The position numbers and the translations under genes are program-made. From contig NC_042997.1 in NCBI RefSeq assembly GCF_006345805.1, forward strand, positions 54,188,001 through 54,252,000: a stretch of 64,000 bases of DNA. Direction: 5' to 3'. The notes beneath the pieces were generated by a model. That model was not told the DNA's origin, did no database searches, and was given only the letters and a program-made list of their open reading frames with translations. Of the stretch, positions 26,701 through 40,299 are shown piece by piece. The DNA comes from Octopus sinensis. Its lineage: Eukaryota. Every line of letters starts with the position of its first letter. Position 1 is the first letter of the stretch.

Positions 26701-26773
26701 TTCAGTGTGGGCCTCTATGAGGGATGATGAATTGTAGGGTGGCCTTCATGCACAAACAGGTTCCCCATCCCTG
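23767..26773 (+). mobile_element. Full-length but decayed hAT-Buster element (GTF2IRD2/EPM2AIP1-like transposase pseudogene about 24655-26350)
   Basis: TIRs CAGAGATGCGGAACATG / rc CAGGGATGGGGAACCTG. Identical 8-bp TSD GACTAGTG (23759-23766, 26774-26781) with the central TA typical of Buster. Motifs include a BED-finger-like CLSC...H, DSTD, VDGAPAM and STYCCESTF. Many frameshifts. Confidence 0.92.
24305..24576. mobile_element. PIF/Harbinger-type MITE nested in the Buster element
   Basis: 16-bp TIRs AGCCAGCTGCACACTG / rc AGCCGGCTGCACACTG. TTA on both flanks (24302-24304, 24577-24579). Confidence 0.75.
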
Positions 26774-27999
26774 GACTAGTGCATGACCTACTTCTCGAGA
26801 CATTCTCAGTATCACAGCAACTATTCCTGGTGCTCCAGTTGCTTTTTCAGCCTTCATTTCTCTCATCATATTTTCACTGCAAAGCTTTTCAACCTCAGTA
26901 GCTGGTCACTGTTAAATCTGTTGGGAGCAGAATCACAATGCTCCCATACATTCTCTTCATTCAACCAACTCTTCAAGTAGCATTATTCCATCTATCTCTC
27001 CCAACAGCATCTTAATTCTCTCTGGTTCAAAAAACTTTGCAATCCAGAACATTTCACATTACATTACAAAATATGTGCATAACTTGTACTTTGGACTCTT
27101 CCTCTTTTTATGTATATCTGTCTATTTATTTTTCTGTCTATCTATATGTATGTATATCTGCATGTGTGTATATTTAGATCTATATGCATATGCAGTTAAT
27201 AATCCTAGTGTATATAAATACATAAGTCTGTACATATGCACATGTATATATGCACATGCATGTATAATAGTTAGTAGGTGAATGCCCTTCTTTTTTCCCC
27301 CTTACAAAATGTTATGAAGGTCATCTCAGTTCCCAACTAAACATCCCTGTCTCTGCCTGAGAAAACGCTTTGCCCATCTGCAAGCTGCCACCTGTGAAGA
27401 CTATCTAATAAACTATGTAATCTACCCAACATAAAGGAAGGATGTTGCCTATATAGTTATAATGAAGTTAACCCAGCTTGGAATTTAGACAAAGTCAGCC
27501 ATAGAGGTAGACATGGACTCAGGAAGTTGCTGTGAAATCTAGGTGAGCTGAAACTCTAAATTAAAAACTGATTGAGAAAGAGAGAGGGGTGGGTGGAGGT
27601 GAGGGAGGGGAGACTCTTTAGTTCTGAAAAAGCACCTCTCTAATACCAGTGGCATTAGCAAAGATACCCTGACCATGGTATAAAGCAGGCATTCATAGAA
27701 AGGGTGCCTTGCCAAATACAAACCATATGAAATCATGACAGTTATAAATCAAATACAAAAAAATACCTGACTGCTGTATATCTAGTACTTAAAATGGTAG
27801 TGATGTGTATGGTAGAGGGGTATCCAGGTGTGAAAATCTAGCCATGTGTGAACTCATGTCAATCATACCAAAGAATTGCACCAACTCCTTTCTGTTCAGA
27901 TGCAGAAAATAGACAAGTCACACAGCACCAGGAACTATCCTCTTCCTGTCAGGTGCAAAAATTCAGGGCTACCATCATCAATATTGAAATTATCTGGAG

Positions 28000-28430
28000 A
28001 GATTATAAAATTACTAGAATGGAGGTGAGTAGATAAATGTCATCTAGCAGATGTGCACCATCTACTAGTTGTGCACCTACTCCTAGATGTATGCTATTTA
28101 CTAGTTGATGTATGGCATCAAAAACATGGAATCGAGTGAACCTTCTGCCAGATATATCATACACAAGGAACAGTGGGTGGAGCAGGCATATTATTAGCAG
28201 AAAACTGGATAAAGCAACTGAGATAGTCAGGATATGTGACAGAATAATTAAGCTTGAATTAGCTTTAGGTAGCACAACAGCAACTGTGATTTCTGCTTAG
28301 GTACCACATTCTAGACTATTAGGTACATAAGATGTTTCTCTGAGGTCCTCTTTTATACCAACTATTCCATAACAAATGACAACAACTGCATTATCATGTC
28401 TGGTGATTTTGACAAACATGTAATGGCAAT
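28000..28430 (+). mobile_element. RTE LINE apurinic-endonuclease fragment
   Basis: Peptide ..KATEIVRICDRIIKLELALGSTTATVISA* resembles the RTE APE motif V.RVSDRII.L.L..G.....ISAYAP. Confidence 0.7.
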
Positions 28431-28554
28431 AATATGATGACTACTGCAATATAAATAGAGGCAAGGCCTTAAAAGTTGAGTTCAACTAGTATGTTGTTGT
28501 AGACCCATAAATATCTTATGGCTCCCCTACCTAAAAGAAAATAATAATAATAAT

Positions 28555-28938
28555 AATAATCCTTTCTACTGTAGACACAAGGCCTGAAATTTGGGGAGAG
28601 GGGTGATAGTCAGTTACATTGATCCCAGTGCTCAACTGGTACTTATTTTATCAACCCCAAGAAGATGAAAGGCAAAGTCGACCTTGGCGGAATTTGAACT
28701 CAGAGTGTAGCAACAGACGAAATACCTATTTCTTTATTGCCCACAAGGGGCTACACACAGAGGGGACAAACAAGGACAGACAAACGGATTAAGTTGATTA
28801 TATTGACTCCAGTGCGTAACTGGTACTTATTTAATCGACCCCGAAAAGATGAAAGGCAAAGTTGACCTCAGTGGAATTTTAACTCAGAACATAGCGGCAG
28901 TCAAAATACTGCTAAGCATTTCGCCCAGCGTGCTAATG
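28555..28938 (-). mobile_element. Family-A SINE dimer
   Basis: Full head, core, Tx1-like tail, GGTATT junction (28721-28726), then a second unit with a different tail. Confidence 0.85.
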
Positions 28939-28962
28939 TTTCTGCCAGCTTGCCGCCTTGTT

Positions 28963-29097
<135 letters not shown>

Positions 29098-30704
29098 AAA
29101 ATAACTTCACAGCCCTTTTCTATTGCATTATTTTACAAGAGTGAGCTAATGTGAAGCTCATCATGTATTTTCTTAGTTTTTTTTAACAGAACTGGTCTAT
29201 TTTACTTATTAAATAAATAAGTCATCCCACCCAGTGAAGAGATGAATGACTACCTATCAGTTTGAAATATTTATATCTGACAATCCTATTGTTAAAATTT
29301 GGGCGAATTGACCAAACAGGTTTTCCTGAATTGTGCAAGTGCCACATAAAAAGCACTCGTGCCAGTGCCAAGGTAAAATGCTCGTGCTGGACCATGTTAA
29401 AAGCATCTAGTACACATTATAAAGTGGTTGGTATTAGGAAGGGCACCCAGTTGTAGAAATTGAACCAAATCAGAGTGGAACCTGGTGCAGCTTTCCTGCT
29501 TGCCAGCTTTGGTCAAACTATCCAACTCTTGCCAGCATGGAAAACGGACATTAAAAGAAAAGGAGAATACCCCACATAAATTTAGACTGATAATTCAAAA
29601 GCCAACAGCTCTGAAAACAAAACCATTTTTCAGATATTTATAATTTATTGCAGGAACATTGGACCAAAATAGCCAGAAGTTTCCTGGAATGTGCCTTAAT
29701 TGTTTAAACTGCAAATAATAATAATAATAATAATAATTGTTTCAAATTTTAGCACAAGGCTAGCAGTTTTAGTGGGAAGAGGTTTGTCAATTACATCAAC
29801 CCTAGTACTTGGCTGAAACTTTATTTTAAAGGCTAAGCTGACCTTGGTGGTATTTGAACTCGGAACATCAAGAGCCAGAAGAAATGCTGCTACATATTTT
29901 GTCCACCATGTTAAAGATTTTGCCAGCTCACCACCTTAATAACCCTGATGATGATGGTGGTGGTGGTGCTGCTGCTGCTGCTGGTGCTGGTGGTGGCGGT
30001 GGCAGTAAGGAGGAGGAGGAGTTTAATTTTTATTTTAGTTTTTCATTTTCTAAAAACAAATATTTTGTTTATTTGTTTTTAAAAAGGGTGTTTTTCTAAA
30101 TGAATGTTTTGAATTGTAACCAAAAAATGCAATAGACTGCTTGGAAAATTGAGCCAAATGCATTGTTTATGAAACAATCAACTATCACACCTTGGATTTA
30201 CAACGCTGTGTGCTGGTGTTTCTATAGCTAGAAATTCTTTTTGCTTAATTAATGTACAGTTTTCTAAACAAACACAAGGAAAGGGTTTTTAAAATATGTT
30301 TAGACTTTCCTCAGTTGTGTATTTGGCAGATGATACATTGAGATACAGATTGTTATCATTATGGCTATTAATATAAAGAAACATATTCTTAAAGTAAATA
30401 TTTTACATGCATTCATAAAAAAACTAATCTAACTTTACTTAATTTATCATTATTATAAATTAGGTTTGGTTAGATAAGGTAAGGTTAAATTAGCTTATTT
30501 TTGAAAATATAAAAATATGCGTTCTTGATATTTCTCATTAACATTTTTTACAGACTTTTTTCTTTTTTACCAATTTGAAGAATTTTTTGTGTTTTTGCTA
30601 TTAATTAACATACATACAGAAATTTAAGTCATTACTAAATTACAATATAAACCTACTGCGTGTAATTATGAAGATGAAGTTAGATTTGTTTGTTTCTAAA
30701 TATA

Positions 30705-31594
30705 CGAAATAGTATCAAAGAGTTCCTGGACGAGGTATGTCTAATAAAAAAATAACTTATTTACCTAAGTTTTAAAATCATCTACTTCAAAATAGTCACC
30801 TTGCGCAAAAATACACTGGTCCTGGCATTCCTGCCACTTTTGGAATCTGGCCTGGAAGTTGTTTTCTGTAAGTGAGTTGAGGACCTTCTTGGTTTGCTCT
30901 TGATCTCAACAACTGCGACCTTTGAGCTGCATTTTCATTTTGGGGAAGAGATGGATGTTTGCAGGTGCTAAATCTGGAGAATAGGGTGAGTGCAGAAGTG
31001 ATACTATGTTGGTTTTGGCAAGAAACTCACGAAGGAGGAGAGCTTGGTGACAGGGTGCATTGTTGTCGTGAAGAATCCAGATGTTAGGATTGCCTGCATG
31101 GACCCATACGACAGACCAAGAACATCAGCAATGTCATTGATCATCCTCTAACAATTCTCATGCACAAACTGATTAAATTTTTTCCACATTTCCAGGGGTA
31201 ACACTTGTAGCAGGTCTTCCAAATCACTCATTGTTTTCTAGGGATCTTCTTCTACTTTTCAAGCACCTGTGCCACTCCAAACATTGTATACAGCCCATTG
31301 CCTCATCCCCATAAGCTTGCCAAAGCAAGCTCAGTTTCTCTGTAGCAGACTTCCCAAGCTTAATGCAAAATTTCATGTTGGCTCTTTGTTCCTGTCCATG
31401 ACAAAAATTGCAGACTACAGCATACACATGATCAGAAAAACACAAATTCTACAACTTGTAAAGTAAACACAACGATGTCACTCAGCACACTGCCTCAGGA
31501 AGGTCACTGCTAGCTCTCACTGTGCACACAATCGTGTGCTACCATCTGTTGGTGTACTACAGAACTAGTCTGGGAACTTTTTGACACCACCCCA
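30705..31594 (-). mobile_element. Internally deleted mariner element
   Basis: TIRs CGAAATAGTATCAAAGAGTTCCTGGAC / rc TGGGGTGGTGTCAAAAAGTTCCCAGAC with TA flanks. N-terminal peptide EQRANMKFCIKLGKSATE..L.QAYGDEAM...EWHR. Confidence 0.88.
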
Positions 31595-31849
31595 TATTTT
31601 AAGTTTTTTAAAGAATATCTTCTCACTTGTCCACCCCACTGACTAGCACATCAAAGGCAATTTGCTGCTATCATACTTTCTTTATGTTTGAATTTCATGG
31701 ACATACTAAGAAGCCATTTAGCTACATAGAAACACAAACAGATCTTCATCATTGTTTCAGGTTTGCTTTTCATGATAGCATAGGTTTCATGCATCATCAC
31801 AGTCTGAGTTTAGTTCTTATTTGGAATTACTTCAATCTTTAATAGGTTG

Positions 31850-32960
31850 GAGGACCACATTTCACTCATATGTTCTAATTTTGGCTTACTTTCTATGGCT
31901 GGGTGGTCTTTCTTAATGCCTACCACTTTACAGAGTGTACTGGGTACATCATATAATTCACCAGCACTAGAGATGTAGCTATGTTGTTAACAAAACTAAA
32001 GGGTCTGCTTGACCCTATATCTTTGCTCATTTGTTGACCGTTGTACAGAATCTGTTGAGGGATTGACTTGTACCTTTGTAAGATCAGTAAGTTCTTTGGG
32101 AGCCAACTGGGTATTTAAGGGAATTTCTGGTGTATCCATAGTATGTTCTGCTTCAGTGCAAATATCACATACAAAGCTTACACTGTTATTTTGGTATTGA
32201 TTACACAACATTTCTTCTGTGTTTATAGCTTATATTGGTTTCATTTTAAGGAGTTTATAACTACTCCGTCTCTGCATATCAAGCAAAGTCATTTCCCTGA
32301 AGATACCAGAATCTTATCTTCTTTCTTACTTACTAAAACTTTCATCTCTGCCAAGTTTATATTAAGATCTCCCGATTCTGGGTTTAGCTTCCAAACTTTG
32401 AATTTTCTCTCAAATTATTTTATAGATTCAGTTTTGAGAACTAGATCATCAGTATATGGAATTCCCATGGACAGCCAATCTTAAACACCTCTGTGATGGT
32501 CTGTAAGACTATGAGGAATAGAAAGGAATTGAGAACTGTACCTTGTTGGATACCTACCCTCATGCTAAAATTCACCACTGAAATCATTGTTGATTCTCAC
32601 TTTACTTACTACAGCATTATACATAGCTTGTACAGACCTCACAAGCCATTCACTCATTCTTAGTTTTCTCAGTAACCCTTAGATTACTGAATGTGGTGCA
32701 CTGTCAAGTGCCTACTCCAAATCAATGAAAGCAAGGAATAGTGATATATTCTGGCCAAGTATTTATCCCACAGTTACCTCAATAGCAAGATTGCATCAAT
32801 AGTATCTCTTTTGGACATGAAACCAAACTGCATCTCGTCGAGGTCTACTGTCATGGATCAATTGTGTTATGACCCTTTCTGTGACTTTCATGATTGATCT
32901 AGTAGTTTGGTTCCTCTATAATTGCTTCTCTCTAAGGCAGTGGATTATCAACTGAGGTCT
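31850..32960 (-). mobile_element. Degenerate RTE LINE reverse-transcriptase fragment
   Basis: QFGFMSKRDTIDAI...VGIQQGTVLNSFLFLIVLQTITEVFKIGCPWE, with many stops. Confidence 0.85.
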
Positions 32961-33189
32961 ATATAAGATTTTGTTGTTAAAATTTATGTACAATAAACTG
33001 GTTTTATTTCTACAATACAACCGAATATTTTAATAACTTCTTTTTTATATAGTTCCAAATAATATAGAAAAATATATGATTTTTTTTAAAACATTGAATG
33101 GCTAAGAGGGTCTGTCTGAGTAAAACAGGAATCAAAGGGATTCATAAGTTAAAAATGTTTGAGAAACACTGCTCTAAAGTATCTCTGCT

Positions 33190-33224
<35 letters not shown>

Positions 33225-34023
33225 TGTGTGTGTGTGTGTGTGTGTGTGAATGTGCATGCGTGTGCGTATGTGTGTGTGCGTGTACATTCATGAAAAGTAT
33301 GCAGACCAACTCATGTCTTTTTCCAGTTTCCCTTGTCTTTCTTTCTCTTTTTCTTTCCAAAGAAGAACAGTGTCCAAAAAGATCATAATGGTTAACTCAT
33401 CCCATTCTTTTGAGCATCAACCTTGTCCTGTCTTACTGTCTTTTGCACATGACCCAATGATTAAGGTGTTGCATTCATGATCATGAGATCATGACTTCAA
33501 TTCCCAAACCAGCTGTGTGTTTTTTTTTCTTGAGCAAAATACTTCATTCCACTTGCTCCGGTCCATTCAGCTGTAAATGGTTAACCTTGTGATAGATTGG
33601 TGTGCAAGGGTGAGACAGTGACTCAGGAAAATCACTTGAACAGAGGTTTTGTGAGCTGTGTTTTGTATTCAGGTATCAAGAGAATGAATAGTACAACCCG
33701 TCCTGTGAATCCCAGTTAGTTGGGATTGGTTGTCCAATCACATCAAAGGTTGATTGATGAATTGTTAAAGTTAGACTTTTTGAATTATGAGTGCAATTCA
33801 TCTGACAGGCTTCCACATAATTTCTGTTCACCTAATTTCAATTATATGGCAATAACTCAACCCAAATTCTATCATTAAAGATACCATGCAGTGGATCCAA
33901 TCCTGATCTTATGAATGAGAAACAAACAGATTAACCATTTAATTAGTTAAGCTGTCTGCACATGCACACATGTATGTAAATATCCATACAAGTGTGATGT
34001 GTGTGTGTGTTTGTGTGTCTGTT

Positions 34024-34062
<39 letters not shown>

Positions 34063-34429
34063 TATCATCATTAAAATTATTTAATGTTCACTTTTCCATC
34101 CATACTGCCATATATCAGACAGAATTTGTTGAGGTACTTTTTCTATGACTAGATAGCCCCCAGACACCCTTCCTATAACCACCTTCACCTGTTTCCAGGC
34201 AAGTTAATATTTACCTGTGGCCTGATATGTTTTTCATGGAGGACTCAATACAAACATGAGCTTCACTTTCATACATCACTTGGGATGACAGTGAAACTCA
34301 GTTGCAAATATCACATGATGTCAAGACAAAGGAACCCACACATATTATCATCAACATTGTTTAAAATCCATTTTCCCATCTTCTTTGCATGAGTCAAAAA
34401 GAATTTGATGAGACAGCTTTTCTTATTTT

Positions 34430-36330
34430 AGTTTCTTTCAAACAAGTCTACTCACAAGTCTTTGGTTAGCCTGAAGCTATAGCAGAGGGCACTTGCCCAA
34501 GATGCCACACAGTGGGACTGAACCCAAAAACATGATTGAGAAGCAAACTTCTCACCACACAGCCACACCTATATGTACATATAAATATATATATTCTTTT
34601 ATTCTTTTACTTGTTTCAGTCATTTGACTGTGGCGATGCTGGAGTACCACCTTAAAGGGTTTTTAGTCAAAGAAATCGACCCCAGGATATATTCTTTGTA
34701 AGCCTAGTACTTATTCTATTTGTCTCTTTTGCTGAACTGCTAAGTTACAGGGATATAAACACATCAACATCAGTTGTCAAGCGATGGTGGGGAGCAACAC
34801 ACACACACACACACATATGTATAATATATTCTGTTACTTGTTTCAGTCATTTGACTATGGCCATGCTAGAGCACAGCCTTTAGTCGAGCAAATTGACCCC
34901 AGGACTTATTCTTTGTAAGCCTGGTACTTATTCTGTTGGTCCCTTTTGCCAAACCACTAAGTTACGGGGACATAAACACACCAGCATCGGTTGTCAAGTG
35001 ATGGTGGGGGCTTCTTTCAGTTTCCATCAACCAAATCCACTCACAAGGCTTTGGTCAGCCTGAGGCTATAGTAGAAGACACTTGCCCAAGGTGCCCGGAA
35101 CCATGTGGTTTGTAAGCAAGCTACTTACCACACAGCCACTCCTACACCTATATGATGGACTTCTTTCAGTTTCCGTCTACCATATCCACTCACAAGTTTT
35201 TGGTTGGCTCAAAGCTATAGTAAAACACTCGCCCAAGGTGCCATGCAGTGAGACTGAACCTGGAATCATGTAGTTGGGAAGCAAGCTGTTTGCCACACAC
35301 ACACACACACACAGAAATGTGTGTGTGTGAATATAAATTTATGCTTATAGTACATATTGGAAGTGGCTGAGTAAGGGAACTAATGCCCTATTATGCTGAA
35401 AATAGCCCACAGAAGTAGGACACTCACTAGTCACTTTCATTTTGAATCAGGTAGTATAGGAAGGGGTCATTCCTAGTGACTCATGTTGCTGTATCATCAT
35501 CAAATGTTACAAGGCAAAGCAGATGCTCTAGAATTAAGCCAGTTCAAACTGATGATGAATGAATGGAGTTATAGAAGTAACAGAGTTTTAGCATAACTAC
35601 TTAAGGAAATTATCTTGATGAAAATAGCTCAGATTTGTACCAGGACTACTGCTCTCTTCCAAGTGAATTATTTTGGGAGAGGAATAGCAAAATGGTACTA
35701 AGAAACAGACACACACACACACACTCTTTCATTCAAGTGATCACTATATACCATTTTGCCACCCCTTCCCAACTTTACTGACCATTAGCTTTCAACTTTA
35801 TATGACCTTTAGCTTTTAAATGTGAGATGTAGTCCTAATAGCTTTGATACTTTGTTTCTCTTTCTTCATCTCTTCCTACACTTCCTTTTCTTTTTATCTG
35901 CTTTGCGAACAGTGAAAATATTTTCAACTCCATAAATTAAAATTTAATCTACTTACAAAGTAAAACAAACTTTTTAATATTTTTTAGTTTAAATAAATCC
36001 TGTCTCCATTGCACAAGCATGGCTGTGTGGTAAGAAATTTGCTTCTGAACTACATGGTTCTGGGTTCAGTCCCAGTGTCTTCTACTATAGCTCCAGGCTA
36101 ACCAAAGCCTTGTGAGTGGATTTGGTAGGTGGAAACTGAATGAAGCCTATCATATATAATATATATGCGTGTGTGTGTGTGTGTGTCTTTGTGTCTGTGT
36201 TTGTCCTCTTACCACTGCTTGACAACTGTTGTTGGTATGTTTACAACCCCTTAAATTAGCAGTTCAGCAAAAGGATAAGTACTAGGCTTAAAAAGTAAGC
36301 CCTGTGGTAGATTTGTTTGACTAAAAACTC
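34430..36330. mobile_element. Cluster of old family-B SINE copies (34430-35290 minus; 36010-36330 plus)
   Basis: Recognisable head and tail segments with many CpG>TpG/CpA changes relative to the 12-13 kb copies. Confidence 0.8.
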
Positions 36331-36361
36331 TTCAAGGCAGAAATATACAATGCATACTTGC

Positions 36362-36501
<140 letters not shown>

Positions 36502-37124
36502 AGCTTGACTGAGTTCCATATGACTTATAGTTTCGTGAATGGGTATGACACGTCCATCTCATCAGATGATTGAAGGCAAAGTGAAGGGTTTGAAAGACAT
36601 TCAAGATGGCTTGTAGGCATTTAGGCCTCTATTAGACAACTCATATTACATGGTATTAATGTTTACAAAGCAGCACCAACACATGTTCAGACAGGATGAT
36701 GACGCCACTTTAACAGCAGGCTGCAACATAATATATTCAGTAACATTATTTCCTTCTATTGAGTAGTGAACATAGTGGGGTTAAATGTTGATACAAGTCA
36801 GTTGACTAGTCATCATTAAGTGGAATTTGAACATATTAGTGGCGGCATATTGGTCATACAACCTCAGCTGTAACCCAAAACCATCAAAACAATTACTCCT
36901 ATGTAAAGACTGCTGCCAATAATGTGTTCAATCTGCACTGAATGATGATTGAATTATTGACTCTTACCAGCTTCTTACCACACTATGTGCAGTACAGATT
37001 ACAAGAGACTGATGCCACTGAATATACTATGCTGTAGCCCACCATCAAAGTGAGACCATCATCCTGCCAACATTCTGTCTAAAAAAACAAAAATAACTAA
37101 TGTCATTTTTCGAGTATTAATACC

Positions 37125-37354
37125 TATTTCTTTATTACCCACAAGGGGCTAAACACAGAGGGGACAAACAAGGACAGACATAGGTATTAAGTCGATTACA
37201 TCGACCCCAGTGCGCAACTGGTACTTAATTTATCGACCCCGAAAGGATGAAAGGCAAAGTCAACCTTGGCGGAATTTGAACTCACAACGTAACGCAGACG
37301 AAATACCGCTAAGCATTTCGCCCGGCGTGCTAACGTTTCTGCCAGCTCGCCGCC
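37125..37354 (-). mobile_element. Young family-A SINE monomer with a 19-bp TSD
   Basis: TTTTTCGAGTATTAATACC (37106-37124) and TTTTTCAAGTATTAATACC (37355-37373). CpGs are retained. Confidence 0.92.
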
Positions 37355-37893
37355 TTTTTCAAGTATTAATACCATGTGACTTCAGCTAACCAATAGAAGC
37401 CTAAAAACCTAGAAACCAGCTTGAATTCCTTTCAAACCCTCCACTCTGCCTCCGATGTGTCCTATGCACCCATGGAAGTTTAATCTAGCCATATGGAGTT
37501 TTAATCTAGTCAAACTGTTATTAAATACATGTAAGAACAACCAAATGTGTTGAGTTTTACTTTCTTTCTTTTGTTCATTCACTCGTGTGTGTGTGTATGC
37601 GCATGCGTAATGTTTATATATAAGGAATATCTAGAATATGCCTATAGGTTTTTTTAGCCAATGCTGTGTTACAATGATTGTAAAAAATTCATCTGTACAT
37701 TATGTATGTGGACATAAGAAAGAACAATTCTAAGTACAATTCAACTCTTTTCAGAGTTTTCCTCTACAGCCTTGTCCCACCTTTAAATATCCACAAATTC
37801 ATAGCTTGTAAATCCTCTAATATTAGAGGCTAAAGTAAACTGGATAGGTTAATTTGCATAGTTGACTCTTCTGTGACAGGGATTGAACATTAA

Positions 37894-38490
37894 CCCTTTA
37901 GCATTTAGATTGCCCTGTCAAATGTAATACCTATTTATTCACATTGTTTTTTGAATCAATCAGGCATTATCTCATAGCTTCAAGATTTTGATAGTGTGAT
38001 TGTTTATATTTCATAGAGCAAAACTTCCCCACCCCGTCCAGTGGATGGTTCTGAGTTGTCAAACATTTAATCCAAATCTTCTCAAAACAACTTGTCCGAC
38101 CATCCCATAGACCTCCCCTTTCAGAAACACTGATTTAACCTAAATTTGAGACACCAGCAAAAGAAGAAATAAAGATAGACTTTTTTTCTATTCCAAAGAA
38201 AAATGATTTTATTCACTTTATCATTCGCATTCTCACCTGGAATTGATTTTTGTAATTTTTTCAAGATTTATACACACCCTGATACCGTCGGTATGTACAT
38301 ATCAAATTTGAGCACAATCGGATGGAGGATGCCCGAGATCCTAGAAAACACACACACAGACAGACAGACAGAATGGATTTTATATAATAGATGATACTGT
38401 AAGTAGGTATGAGAAGCCAGATCTGGTTGATTTGAACACAAAACAGACAGAATATTTGGGCTGGATTTGGCTGATTTAAATGCTTAAGGG
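37894..38490. mobile_element. piggyBac-type MITE (TTAA flanks) carrying an internal Helitron-like 5' fragment (about 38010-38391, minus)
   Basis: TTAA|CCCTTTAGCATTTA ... TAAATGCTTAAGGG|TTAA. The inner piece starts A|TCTATTATATAAAA followed by (TGTC)n on the minus strand. Confidence 0.8.
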
Positions 38491-38759
38491 TTAAGTTTCT
38501 AGTGCATTAACAGTGTTTCATTTCATGGCCTAAATGTGCTATAGAATATATTTATAGGTTTTCTAGCCAACACTGTATGTTACAACGATTGTAAGGAATT
38601 CATCTGTACAATATATGTATAGATATAAAAAGGGAGAACAGCTGTATGTACATTTGGACTCTTTTTTGGAGTCTTCCTCAGCAGTTGTGTACCACCTTTA
38701 AATAACTATAAACACATTGCTTCAGGCACCACAATTCTTTTTGTAGTAATACTTTTTTT

Positions 38760-39060
38760 TCTTTGAGTTGGCTGATAGCTTGCTGTGTACCCCGTCCATT
38801 GAGAACAGCTTGATAGCACTTTCGTCTTTGAGATAACAGCTGTTCTATCTTTCTATGATTTTCATCAAACCAGTCAGCATGCTTGCTTTTGGGAAAGCCT
38901 ATTAAAGCAGTGGCTGTTATGGATTGTCTGACGCAACTGTTCCCCCGTAAGCATTGGCTGGTGCTGTGTCAACTGGTGCAGTGTCAGGTAGCACTTTTAA
39001 TTTGCTGATCATATTTACTGCAAGTGCATGTTGCACTCCAGTATTTATTAAGTCGCTTGG
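38760..39060 (-). mobile_element. RTE-BovB-like LINE fragment
   Basis: KHADWFDENHRKIEQLLSQRRK matches the BovB-type K..DWFDEN..EI..LL motif. Confidence 0.75.
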
Positions 39061-39397
39061 ATTCTGTCATTTTGGCTTTACACACACACATTCACCTACA
39101 TATACATGCTTATAAGTTTTCATAAAAAATACTTCATACACCCACAATATATTTTTTTCTTTTTCTTTGATTTATTTCAGTCTTTAGACTCAGTCATGTT
39201 GGGATACTGCCTTGAATAATCTTTAATCAAATGAATCAACCCCAATACTTAATTTTTCTTTTTCTTAAGCCTATTGATTTCTTTTGCTGAACTGCTAAGT
39301 TAAGGGGATATAAACACACCAACACAGTTGTCAAACAGTGGTGAGGGACAAACAGACACATAGACACATACATATAGACATCTATATATATAAAACA

Positions 39398-39700
39398 TCT
39401 ATATATATAAAACTGAGAATGTGTGTGTCTGTCTGTGTGTCTGTACGTATGCATCACTAAAACTCGTGAACTACCAAACCGATTTCATCCAAATTTTACA
39501 CATGCCTTACTTAGGGTCCATGTAATATCATGGGCCCAAAATATTTTCAACTTCTTGCCTAATGTGAGCCCAGAGCAAACCCTTATCTCTTACACTATTT
39601 CAGTATTATGTGTCAAAAGTGAAACAATAACATCTCTATTGCAATGTGAGATAATACCTTTAGGTTCAATAGTTCCACTATTAATACTGTCACTATGTAT
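39398..39700 (+). mobile_element. Non-autonomous Helitron-like 5' end
   Basis: A|TCTATATATATAAAA followed by (TGTC)-type repeats and ACCGATTTCATCCAAATTT. Confidence 0.55.
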
Positions 39701-40299
39701 ATATATATATTAGTTTCCTTTCTATTAGTTTCACTATGTATTTATATACATGTTTGTATATATATATATATATATAAAATTAAACAAATGAATGAGTGGG
39801 AAATAGTGGGAGTTAAAGAAAGAGAGGGCCAAGAAAAGTGACAGTGGGTGAGTGAGAAAAAGGAAGAAGAACAAGAGGGGGAATAAAAGATAGAGTATGA
39901 GTCATACAGAATATAGTTACATACCTACTATAAGGTAAGCACAAGGATGTATGTATGCCACTATATATATTGTTAGTTCCTTCTTGAGCCATGCTTGACT
40001 CATTAGGGCCGGTTTCCTGGTTTCCTTGGCGTATAGGTTCCCCACCTGGATGGGACACTGGTCCATCGCAGGTGAGCTGCAAGATGCAGGAGGAAAGAGT
40101 GAGAGAAAGTTGTGGTGAAAGAGTCAGCAGAAGTTCGCCATTACCTTCTGCCGGAGCCACATGGAGCTTAGGTGTTTTGCTCATAAACACACACATTGCC
40201 TGGTCTGGGATTCGAACCCACAATCCCTCGACCGTGAGTCTGCTGCTCTAACCAATAGACTGTGTGCCTCCACACAGTATATATATATATGTACGTGCC

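Larger units (their letters stand above)
23640..27050 (-). mobile_element. RTE LINE fragment split by the Buster insertion (23640-23766 and 26774-27050)
   Basis: The minus-strand peptide ..MREMKAEKATGAPGIVAVILRMSREVGHA continues across the TSD into LVIHMV..VIP, the RTE region just upstream of the RT core. Confidence 0.7.

Noticed and set aside
29945-30020. GC-rich trinucleotide mosaic (GAT/GGT/GCT/GAG) as a poly-Gly/Ala coding exon
   Set aside because: It abuts a SINE end where simple repeats routinely expand, and it has no splice-supported frame.
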